A stretch of DNA of 64,000 bases from Phycisphaerae bacterium (GTDB taxonomy: Bacteria; Planctomycetota; Phycisphaerae; UBA1845; Fen-1342): positions 64,001-128,000 of the forward strand of contig JASFQK010000016.1 in NCBI GenBank assembly GCA_050115495.1, given 5' to 3'. Below the pieces are notes generated by a model. It was given only the letters and a program-made list of their open reading frames with translations. It was not told the DNA's origin and searched no databases. Positions 8,828-17,900 of this stretch are shown one piece after another. Position 1 is the first letter of the stretch, and the number at the start of each line of letters is the position of its first letter. The position numbers and the translations under genes are program-made.

Positions 8828-10135
8828 ATGTCCGCACTGCGCGACGGGCAGCGAACAGACGATTCCGGGGCGGCCGCAGGGACACTCCCGACAGCCAGCC
8901 GGGCGCTGCGCCACGTCGCGGCGGTCGAGGAGAAGGTGTTCGAGCTTTACGACCGCATGCTCGGCGACGTACACATTCCGCGTGTTCTGCGCGATGTTGC
9001 CGACGTGGTCTGCCAGGACCTAGGGGCCGAACGGGCCTCGGTCTACCTGATTGACAAGGCCACCCAGGAGCTCGAGTCGGTGGCGGTGATTGGCAACGTT
9101 GCCCAGACCATCCGCGTGCCGATCTCGGCGGCGTCGCTCGCCGGCTACTGCGCCCTCCGCGGGCGTACGTTCGTCGTGCCCGACGCCTATGGCGATCTGA
9201 GCGGGATCGACCCGGCGTTGTGTTTCGACCGCAGTTGGGACCGCAGGAACGACTTCCGCACGCGCGACGTCATGTGCGCCCCCGCCCTGTTCAAGGGCGA
9301 GGTGATGGGCGTCGTGCAGGTCATGAACAGCACCGGCCGCCCGTTCGATTCATCAGATCTCCTTCCCCTGCGCACCATCTCGCGGGTCATCGGCTACGCC
9401 CTGTACCACGCCCGCCTCTACGACGACCTCGCCACGCTCAAGCAGCTCGAGAAGGAGAAGGCCGGCTTCATTCGGATCATGGTGCACGAGCTGAAGTCCC
9501 CCGTCGCCGCCGCCAAGATGCTGGCTGACGCTTTGGCCGATCACGACCACATCGTCGGCTCCGAAGTGGCCCCAGTGACCGCCCGCATCTCCGAGCGCAT
9601 GGGTCAGCTCATGGACATGATCGGCGACCTGCTGCACCTCGCCCGGGTCCGGTCGGGCGAGCCGCTCGGCGAGATCGCCACGATCGACCTCGTCTCCGAG
9701 ACGCGGACGGTCTGCGAGACCCAGCGCGAGAGCGCCCAGCACAAGAAGCTTGATTGGTCGCTCACGCTTCCCGATCAGCCGTTGCCCGTCCGTTGCGACG
9801 CGCAGGGTTACCGGCTGGTCGTCTCCAACCTCGCCTCGAACGGCATCAAGTACACCACGACCGGCTTCGTCCGCGTCAGCCTTCGGCGCGAGGAGTCCTG
9901 GGCCGTCCTGGAGGTGAGCGACAGTGGCATCGGTATCCCCGAGGCCGACGTCCCCAAGCTGTTCCAGGAGTTCTTCCGTGCCAGCAACGCTCGCCGGCAG
10001 CGCATCGAGGGCAGCGGTGTCGGTCTGGCCGGCGCCAAGGCGATCGTCGAACGTTTCGGCGGCACGTTCGCCCTGAAGACGCGCGAGAACGAAGGAACCA
10101 CCTTTGCCGTCCGCCTGCCCCTTTCCACTACCTGA
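8828..10135 (+). CDS. Cytoplasmic GAF-domain sensor histidine kinase
   Basis: GAF domain (VPDAY..D..F...D....FRTR.VMCAP), HELKSP H-box, NGIKY, DSGIGI, FFR, GSGVGL; GAGGAGG RBS. Confidence 0.9.
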   Translation: MSALRDGQRTDDSGAAAGTLPTASRALRHVAAVEEKVFELYDRMLGDVHIPRVLRDVADVVCQDLGAERASVYLIDKATQELESVAVIGNVAQTIRVPISAASLAGYCALRGRTFVVPDAYGDLSGIDPALCFDRSWDRRNDFRTRDVMCAPALFKGEVMGVVQVMNSTGRPFDSSDLLPLRTISRVIGYALYHARLYDDLATLKQLEKEKAGFIRIMVHELKSPVAAAKMLADALADHDHIVGSEVAPVTARISERMGQLMDMIGDLLHLARVRSGEPLGEIATIDLVSETRTVCETQRESAQHKKLDWSLTLPDQPLPVRCDAQGYRLVVSNLASNGIKYTTTGFVRVSLRREESWAVLEVSDSGIGIPEADVPKLFQEFFRASNARRQRIEGSGVGLAGAKAIVERFGGTFALKTRENEGTTFAVRLPLSTT

Positions 10136-10296
10136 CACCCCTGTTTCGACGCGGTGGGGCCGACGCGGCCGGCGTGGGGGGATTTGGCAGGGTGGGGGGG
10201 AGCGTCTACACTGGTGTGTTTACGGCCGGGCCTCGGTTTCGGTCCATGTCAATCCCGAACGAAGGCGCCCGGCACGCGATTGGTGGAGAGGCGAGC

Positions 10297-11496
10297 GTGG
10301 AGACGACGAAGACGGCTGAGGCGGGACGGCGGGGGACGGATGTCCGTTCGGATTGCTGGGTACAGGTGACACTGGCCGGCCGCGTCGGGATCGACCTCAA
10401 GCTCAAGACGAAGGTCGAGTCGATGTACGGGGCGGCGACACGCGAGCTGGTGACGAAGGTCCTGGCCGCGCTGGGCGTCACCGCCGGCACGGTGGAGATG
10501 GAAGACGCCGGCGCGCTGCCGCTGGTCATCACGGCGCGGATCGAGGCCGCCGTGCGGCGGCTGGGGCTGGACGTCGGCGACGGCTATCTGCCGGAGTTCG
10601 AGCCGCACGCCCAATACGCGACGCAGCGAGATCGGCTGCGGCGGTCGCGGTTGTACCTACCCGGCAACGAGTCGAAGTTCATGCTCAACGCCGGTCTGCA
10701 CCATCCGGACGGCGTGATTCTCGACCTGGAGGATAGCGTCGCGCTGGCTGTGAAGGACGAAGCCCGGCTGATGGTGCGGAACGCGCTGCGGACGATCGAC
10801 TTCTGCGGTTCCGAGCGCATGGTGCGGATCAACCAGGGCCAGCGCGGGCTCGAAGACCTTGAGTTCATCGTGCCGCACAACGTGCACGTGGTGCTCATTC
10901 CGAAGGTCGAATCGCCGGACCAGGTCCGCGAGGTCGACGCCCGCATCGCCGAGATTCTGAAGAAGCGGGGGATCGAGCAGACCGTGTACCTGATGCCGAT
11001 TGTGGAGAGCGCGCTCGGGGCGATTCGGGCGTACGAGATCGCGACGGCCTCGAAGAACATCTGCGCGCTGACGATCGGCCTCGAAGATTATACGGCCGAC
11101 CTGGGCACGCAGCGCACCGATGAAGGGCGCGAGAGCTTCTGGGCCCGCTGCCAGGTGGTCAACGCCGCCCGGGCGGCCGGCGTGCAGCCGATCGACACGG
11201 TGTACTCGGACGTGAGCGACATGGCTGGCCTGCGGGCCAGCGTGCTAGAGGCGAAGGGGCTCGGGTTCGACGGCAAAGGGTGCATCCACCCGCGGCAGAT
11301 TCCGGTGATCCACGAGGCGTTCGCGCCGGCGCCGGCGGAGTTGGAGAAGGCGCAGAAGATCGTCGCGGCGTTCGAGGAAGCGCAGGCCAAGGGGCTCGCC
11401 GCGGTGTCGCTGGGCAGCAAGATGATCGATCCGCCGGTGGTGAAGCGCGCGCAGCGCGTGGTGGCGTTGGCGCGGACGATGGGGCTTGTGTCGTAG
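10297..11496 (+). CDS. citE: Citrate lyase ACP (CitD-like) fused to citrate lyase beta subunit (CitE)
   Basis: N-terminal AG...RSDC.V...K.KVESMYG...DAGALPLVITARIEAAV (CitD-like), followed by RRSRLYLPGN, LDLEDSV, IPKVES, GLEDYTADLG, GFDGKGCIHPRQI; start codon approximate. Confidence 0.85.
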   Translation: METTKTAEAGRRGTDVRSDCWVQVTLAGRVGIDLKLKTKVESMYGAATRELVTKVLAALGVTAGTVEMEDAGALPLVITARIEAAVRRLGLDVGDGYLPEFEPHAQYATQRDRLRRSRLYLPGNESKFMLNAGLHHPDGVILDLEDSVALAVKDEARLMVRNALRTIDFCGSERMVRINQGQRGLEDLEFIVPHNVHVVLIPKVESPDQVREVDARIAEILKKRGIEQTVYLMPIVESALGAIRAYEIATASKNICALTIGLEDYTADLGTQRTDEGRESFWARCQVVNAARAAGVQPIDTVYSDVSDMAGLRASVLEAKGLGFDGKGCIHPRQIPVIHEAFAPAPAELEKAQKIVAAFEEAQAKGLAAVSLGSKMIDPPVVKRAQRVVALARTMGLVS

Positions 11497-11542
11497 GCTG
11501 GGTGGACGGACGGGTTCCAGGACGACGCCCGAGGAGACGACC

Positions 11543-13021
11543 ATGGTTTCGCGCTTGATGGCGGCGGCGAAGACGTCTGGGTGCCGGGTGCCGCGGGGAA
11601 CGCAGCGGTGTGCCACTGCTCTTGAGCAGTGCTCGCGGTTTGCCGAGACAACGCGTGAGTGTCGACAAGCGACGGCCGACACGGAGGTCGGCTGCTACGC
11701 GTTCGACGTCGGCCACGGGGGGCCGACGCTACAAGACGGCCGACACGGAGGTCGGCCGCGACAAGACGTCCGGTACGGAGCCCGGACGCTACGGGACGTT
11801 CGGACGGTGCTGGCGGTTTTGTTGTGCGCGGTGTTGGCGGGGTGTGCGGCGCCGGGAGCGCGGGAGGCTACGCCGCCGACGGGGCCGGCGATCAGCGAAT
11901 GCTGTGCTGCTGTACAGCAGCGGTTGGCCGGATTCTGCACGCAACGGGACATTCCTGGCGCGACGTGCGCGTTCGTGCTGCCGGACGGGCGGCTGGGGGC
12001 GGTGGCGGTCGGCGTGTCCAGCCGGACGACCGGGCAGGCCATGGAGCCGACCAATCGCATGCTCGCCGGCAGCGTCGGAAAGACGTTCGTGGCGGCGGTG
12101 CTACTTCAGCTTCACGCCGAGGGACGCGTCGATCTGGACGAGAAGATCAGCCACTGGCTCGGGCAGGAGGCGTGGTTCGCACGGCTGCCGAACGGGCCGG
12201 GCATCACGCTGCGCATGCTGCTGAACCACACGAGCGGGCTCGAAGAGTATTACCCGATGGAGGGATTCATCAACGCCGTGTCCGCCGACTTGCAGCGGGC
12301 CTGGCAGCCGGGTGAGCGCATCGCGTACATCCTCGACCGCCCGGCGCTGTTCCCCGCTGGCCAGGGCTGGTCCTACGCCGACACGAACTTCCTGCTCGTC
12401 GGCATGATCATCGAGAAGGTGACCGGCCGGACGTACTATGAGGAGCTGACGCGGCGGATTCTGCGGCCGCGCGATTTGCAGGACACGATTCCGTCGGACC
12501 GCAACCCGCTGCCCGGCTTGGTCAGCGGCTACACGACGCCGGATCATCCGTTCCCCGTCCCCGCGGAGATCACGAAGGACGGCTTCGTGGCGATGAACCC
12601 GCAGATGGAATGGACCGGCGGCGGCGTGCTGAGCAACGCTCCGGACTTGGCTCGCTGGGCCCGGATGCTGTACGCGGGCGACGTTCTGCCGCCGGCGGAG
12701 AGGACGCTCATGCTCGCCGGCGTGCCGACGCAGCGCTGGCCGAACGTGGACTACGGCCTGGGCGTGCTGATTCGGCGAACGCCGCACGGCATCGTGTACG
12801 GACACAGCGGCTGGTTCCCCGGCTACATCACGATGATGGGCTGGTACGCCGGCCACGAGCTGGCTCTGGCGGTGCAGTTCAACAGCGACGTTGGCATGTC
12901 TTCGGAGGCGCTGTCGGGGCTGACCGATGATCTGGCCGGCGTGCTCCTGGCCAAACTGAGTGGTCTGACGGCTCAGCAGCGGGCTGCACTGCGTGCCGCT
13001 GATGGCGGCCTTGGGCAGTGA
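11543..13021 (+). CDS. Serine hydrolase, beta-lactamase / D-Ala-D-Ala carboxypeptidase family, probable lipoprotein
   Basis: SVGK (SxxK), LLNHTSG, YADTN, GHSGWFPGY; lipobox LAGC; start uncertain (ATG 11543 with GAGGAG RBS versus GTG 11807). Confidence 0.8.
   Translation: MVSRLMAAAKTSGCRVPRGTQRCATALEQCSRFAETTRECRQATADTEVGCYAFDVGHGGPTLQDGRHGGRPRQDVRYGARTLRDVRTVLAVLLCAVLAGCAAPGAREATPPTGPAISECCAAVQQRLAGFCTQRDIPGATCAFVLPDGRLGAVAVGVSSRTTGQAMEPTNRMLAGSVGKTFVAAVLLQLHAEGRVDLDEKISHWLGQEAWFARLPNGPGITLRMLLNHTSGLEEYYPMEGFINAVSADLQRAWQPGERIAYILDRPALFPAGQGWSYADTNFLLVGMIIEKVTGRTYYEELTRRILRPRDLQDTIPSDRNPLPGLVSGYTTPDHPFPVPAEITKDGFVAMNPQMEWTGGGVLSNAPDLARWARMLYAGDVLPPAERTLMLAGVPTQRWPNVDYGLGVLIRRTPHGIVYGHSGWFPGYITMMGWYAGHELALAVQFNSDVGMSSEALSGLTDDLAGVLLAKLSGLTAQQRAALRAADGGLGQ
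11674..11792 (-). repeat. Four tandem GTAG-type REP hairpin variants
   Basis: Units end in CTAC/CGAC at 11698, 11732, 11762 and 11792; each has a stem around an ACGG(A/G)G loop. Confidence 0.8.
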
Positions 13022-13089
13022 TCGAGAGTCTGTCGCAGGTTTCGCTCTCTTCGTGGGCGATTGACTGCTGGTGATTGAGGATTCCCCAC

Positions 13090-14697
13090 ATGGCAGAGAA
13101 GGTCGAGCTCGTCAAGAACGCCGTCGGGCGTATGGTTCCGACGGTCGTCAACGGTCAGAAGCAGGTTCCGTTTCAGGGCGTGGGCAAGTATCGGCCCGAT
13201 GGTCGTAAGGCTGCTCCGCCGGTGCGGACGTGCAATGACTATCCCGCCGACGGGAACAAGGTCGTGGCCAACGCCCAGGCGGCCGGTGGCGGCGACCGGG
13301 CCAACATCGAGGCCCTGAAGACGGCCCTGAAGAACGCCGGCATCCGCAACGGCATGCGGATCAGCTCGCACCACCATTTCCGCAACGGCGACCGCATCGG
13401 CGTGCCGCTGTTCACCGCCGCCGCCGAGCTGGGCGTGAAAGACCTGATCTGGTTCCCGAGCGCGTGTTTCCCGTGCCATGCGCCGTTGATCGACCTGCTC
13501 GAATCGGGCGTGCTGCAACGCGTCGAGGGTTCGATGAACGGGCCGATTGGCGACTACTGCTCGACGGGGAAGATGCGCGGCTTGGGCGTGCTGCGTTCGC
13601 ACGGCGGCCGGTGGCAGGCCGTGCAGGATGGCGAGGTGCACATCGACATCGCCGTCCTGGCCGCTCCGAGCTGTGATTCGTTCGGCAATGCCAACGGCGT
13701 GAACGGGCCGTCGGCGTGTGGCGGGCTGGGGTTCGGGCTGGTGGATTCGCTCTACGCCGACCATGTGATCGCGGTCACGGACAACCTCGTGCCGTTCCCG
13801 TGTCTGCCATGGCAGATTCAGGGCAACAACGTCGACCAGGTTGTGGTGATGGACCGCATCGGCGATCCGGAGAAGATCGTCTCGGGCACGACGCAGCTTA
13901 CCAAGAGCCCGGATCGGCTGATGATCGCCGAGATGGCCGCGCAGTTCGTGCGCGAAGCCGGCATCATGAAGGACGGCTTCAGCTTCCAGGCCGGCGCGGG
14001 CGGAACGACGCTTGGGTTCGCCATCTACCTGAAGGAATACATGAAGCAGGCCGGCGTGAAGGCCCGCTTCATTCGCGGCGGCAGCACGAAATACCTCGTC
14101 GAGATGCTCGAAGAGGGGCTGACCGACTACATCCTCGACGGGCAGACGTTCGACCTGGACGGCGTGCGCAGCATGCGCGACAACCCGCGGCACCAGGATA
14201 CCAGCCCGTTCACCAGCTATAGCTGGCACGGCAAGGGCTGCTTCGCCACGTTCCTCGATGCGGTCGTGCTGGGAGCGACCGAGGTTGACGTGAACTTCAA
14301 CGCCAACGTCGTGACGCACTCCGACGGGCGGCTGCTGCACGGCATTGGCGGGTGGCAGAACTGCCTGAGCGGGCGCTGCGTGATCCTGCCGATTCCCTCG
14401 GTCCGCGACCGGATTCCGGTCATCATGGACGAGGTGACGACGGTCGTGGGTCCGGGCGAGATGATCGACGTGATCGTGTGCGAGCGGGGCATCGCCATCA
14501 ACCCGCGGCGGCAGGATCTGCGCGACGCCGTCGCCGGCAGCAAGCTGCCGATCCGACCGATCGAGGAGATCAAGGCCGAGGTGGACCGCATGTGCGGCGG
14601 TGCACCGGCCAAGCCGCGTCTGAAAGACCAGGTCATCGCGGCGATCAAGTGGGTGGACGGGACGGTGATCGACTGCGTACGGGCCGTGGAGGGGTAG
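13090..14697 (+). CDS. citF: Citrate lyase alpha subunit (citrate:acetyl-ACP transferase)
   Basis: ISSHHHFRNGD, LRSHGGR, GNANG..GPSACGGLG, IGDPEKIVSG, FSFQAGAGG, LGATEVDVNFNANVVT.SDG, GIAINPRR, DGTVID. Confidence 0.93.
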   Translation: MAEKVELVKNAVGRMVPTVVNGQKQVPFQGVGKYRPDGRKAAPPVRTCNDYPADGNKVVANAQAAGGGDRANIEALKTALKNAGIRNGMRISSHHHFRNGDRIGVPLFTAAAELGVKDLIWFPSACFPCHAPLIDLLESGVLQRVEGSMNGPIGDYCSTGKMRGLGVLRSHGGRWQAVQDGEVHIDIAVLAAPSCDSFGNANGVNGPSACGGLGFGLVDSLYADHVIAVTDNLVPFPCLPWQIQGNNVDQVVVMDRIGDPEKIVSGTTQLTKSPDRLMIAEMAAQFVREAGIMKDGFSFQAGAGGTTLGFAIYLKEYMKQAGVKARFIRGGSTKYLVEMLEEGLTDYILDGQTFDLDGVRSMRDNPRHQDTSPFTSYSWHGKGCFATFLDAVVLGATEVDVNFNANVVTHSDGRLLHGIGGWQNCLSGRCVILPIPSVRDRIPVIMDEVTTVVGPGEMIDVIVCERGIAINPRRQDLRDAVAGSKLPIRPIEEIKAEVDRMCGGAPAKPRLKDQVIAAIKWVDGTVIDCVRAVEG

Positions 14698-14967
14698 TCG
14701 GGAGTTCGACAGCGGGTCGCCGGACGCCGTGGGGGATTGAGCTTAAGGTTCACGACCTCCCGTGACCGATAACGGTGGCGGCTGTTCGTGCCGCGTGCAC
14801 GAGGCGGCGGCTGTCTGCGTCCACTGGCCGCGCCGCCGGTCGGGCGCGACAGAGAATCGTGTGCGCCTGCGTCGCCCCCTTTGGCGCCGGCGTACGAGGG
14901 CAACATGCAGTATCGTTGCCGCCGGTGGGCGAGCACGAAGCAACCGCTTCCATGGGAGGATACGACA

Positions 14968-17900
14968 ATGAGCCGAACTCGCCATGTCTCGGTACAGGCG
15001 GGCATTGGCCTGTTCCTGGTCCTGTTTGGCCTCAACGAAGCGGTTCGTGCCGCCGACCAGGTTGTTACGAACAACAACGACTCCGGTGCCGGCTCGCTGC
15101 GTCAGGCCATGCTCGACGTGCATGACGGCGGTACGATCACCTTCGACGGCGACTACACGATTACGCTGGCGTCGAATCTGCCGCAGATTAACGACAGCAT
15201 CACCATCGTCGGCCGCGGGTGCGAGCAGACGATCATCGATGGCGACGGCGCGTATCGTATCCTGTACGTGGTTACCGGTAGCCTCACCGCATCGCACCTC
15301 ACGGTGCGTAATGGGAAGGCTGTCGGTAACCTGAACGCGGGGACACTGCTCCTGGACGGCGTCGTCATCGACGGCAACACGGACGTCAGCGGCGCCGGAC
15401 TGCGGCAGAGCGGGACGGGCGGCAGCACGAGCACAACACTTCTCAACTGCACGATCAGCAACAACTTCTCGCCGACCAACCGCGGTGGCGGCATCTACGC
15501 CACCGTCGGCACAGTCACCATCAAGAACTCCACGATCACCGGGAACACTGCCCAATACAACGGTGCCGGTATATGCTGCGAGTCAAGCGGAGCATTTGTC
15601 ATCGACAGTTGCACGATCGCCAACAACCATACCACCGGCACCTACGGCACGGCGAGGGGCGGCGGCATCAGAGTGGCTGGCGGATCGCTGACGATCACAA
15701 ATACCATCATTGCCAATAATCAGGATGACTACGGGAACAATGACTACTCCTACCAGTTTGGAACGCTGACTGACAACGGCTACAACTTCGTGGAGGTGCC
15801 GAACGTTATGGGCGCCAACGGGTTCAGCAACGGCGTCAACCACAATATCGTCGGCGTTAACCCGACCGGCCTAGCCAGCACGCTCTCCTACGAGGGTGGC
15901 TGGACGCCCGTCCTGAAGATCACCGGCGGCACGTTTACCGGTGGCAATTACGGTTCAACCAGCGAAACGCGCGATCAGCGTGGGTACCATCGCAAGTCCG
16001 GTGAAATCACGCGCGGTGCATATCAGTATGGCGGCACCGTGGCCGTGGTGAACGGTGGCGCATGGAACAACGGGTATCCCACGATCGCCGATGCCATCGC
16101 TGCCGCCAGTGCCAACGATACCATCACCCTCCTCGACACGGTGATCAAGGAGGTTGGCATCACGATCAACAAGAACCTGACCATCCAGGGGCAGGGGGCG
16201 ACCAGCACCTATGTCTGGGGTGACAACGCCAAGGACACGGCGAGCGGTCGCATATTTGATCTGGTCGCCGGCGATGTGGCGCTCCGGGATATGAGTATTC
16301 AATACGGCAGGGCGACGCGCGGGGGTGGTGTGCGGGGTGGCGGGGGAACGCATACGCTGGCCGACTGCGCCATCGTCGGCAACACAAGCACCCTAGGCGG
16401 CGGCGGAATCCACAATGTATCGGACGGGACGCTACACGTCGCTGACTGCAGCATCGTTGCCAATGCTGGAGGCAGTCGCGGCGGGGGGCTGGATAACGAG
16501 GGCGTGCTCACGATGACACGCTCCACAATCGTTGGAAATGTGGCAAGCAACGGTGGTGGCGTGAGCACATCCGGCGGCAACGCCGCACTTCAGAACTGCA
16601 CGATCTGTTGGAACACGGGCGGTAGCGTGGGCGGCGGGCTGTACGCGTTGGACGGCACGACGGTGCTCGCCAATTGCACCCTGGCCGAGAATCACGCCTC
16701 TGCCGGGACCGGAGACGGGCTGTACGGTTACATAGGCTATCTGGGCCTGATCAATACGATCGTGATCAACAACACGGGGAGCGGCGGTCAGGAGAACGCG
16801 CCTGGCCTTCGCGGCATACGCGCTCAGAACTCGTGGTTCGCGACGAACGCCGGCATCACGACGCCCACTGCGGCCTCGAACGTCTTTGCGGCCTATACTG
16901 CCGGCGATCTGCTGTCCCTCGCCGACAACGGCGGCAGCACGTGGACCATGGAGCTCGCTGCGACCGCACCGGCGGTGGGGACCGGCGATTTCGTCTACTA
17001 CAACACGACGGATGGCTTCTACTGCGAAGACTCGAACGGGGACTACCGGGACGCCTTGGGCTCGGTTGTTACGCCGAGCGATCCGGCCAGTGACAAGATC
17101 ACGATCGACCAGTGCGGCGTGACACGCACCAGTCCAGTCTCCATCGGCGCTTTCTTCACTCCCAAAGCGACGCCGAGCGTGACCACGACGACGGTCTCAA
17201 ACGTGACAGGCACCACGGCCAAGTCCGGCGGCAATGTCACGTACGAAGGGCAGAGCGGCGTCACGGCGCGCGGCGTCTGCTGGAACACCACCGGCACGCC
17301 GACGACCACGAGCGACAAGACCTCTGACGGGACTGGCACCGGGGCGTTTACGAGTGATCTCAGCAACCTCAGTCCGGCGACGACGTACTACGTCCGGGCC
17401 TACGCGACCAACACGCAGGGCACGGACTACGGCACCGAACGGCAGTTCACGACTTCGGCCGCCAAACCGACGGTGACCACGGCGGCGGTCACGGGCGTTA
17501 CCACGGACGAGGCAACGTCTGGTGGTGATGTGACGGACGACGGCGGGGACAGCGTCACGGCTTACGGCGTCTGCTGGAACACGGACGGGACGCCCACCAC
17601 GAGCGACGACAACACGAACGACGGATCCGGTACGGGAACGTTCACCAGCACGCTGACCAGCCTCGCCCCAGGTATGACGTACTACGTCCGCGCCTACGCG
17701 ACGAACAGCGCGGGGACCGGCTACGGCAACGACGTGGAATTCACCACTGTCGCCGCGCCACCGACCATGACCACGGCCGCAGTGAGCCATGTCACGGCGA
17801 CGACGGCCACCACCGGCGGTGAGGTCATGAGCAGCGGGGGTGCGCCCCTCACCGCCTTTGGCGTATGTTGGAATACAACCGGGTCGCCGACAACGGCCGA

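Noticed and set aside
5423..8974. 1183-aa minus-strand ORF (similarly 31439-33649, 39447-41258, 17197-18960)
   Set aside because: Antisense shadows of well-supported genes in high-GC DNA, with no recognisable motifs.
9754..10296. Long N-terminal extension of the CitD-CitE ORF
   Set aside because: Overlaps the kinase gene in another frame; homology begins near 10297.
11674..11792. Possible CRISPR array with a period of about 30 bp
   Set aside because: No unique spacers; the units are degenerate REP hairpins.
14744..14772. Sigma28-like promoter (TAAG-N17-ACCGATAA) upstream of the surface-protein gene
   Set aside because: Spacing is 2 nt longer than consensus and there is no supporting context.
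15500..16900. Locally lower GC suggesting horizontal acquisition
   Set aside because: Can be explained by Asn/Thr/Ile-rich beta-helix composition; not quantifiable by eye.
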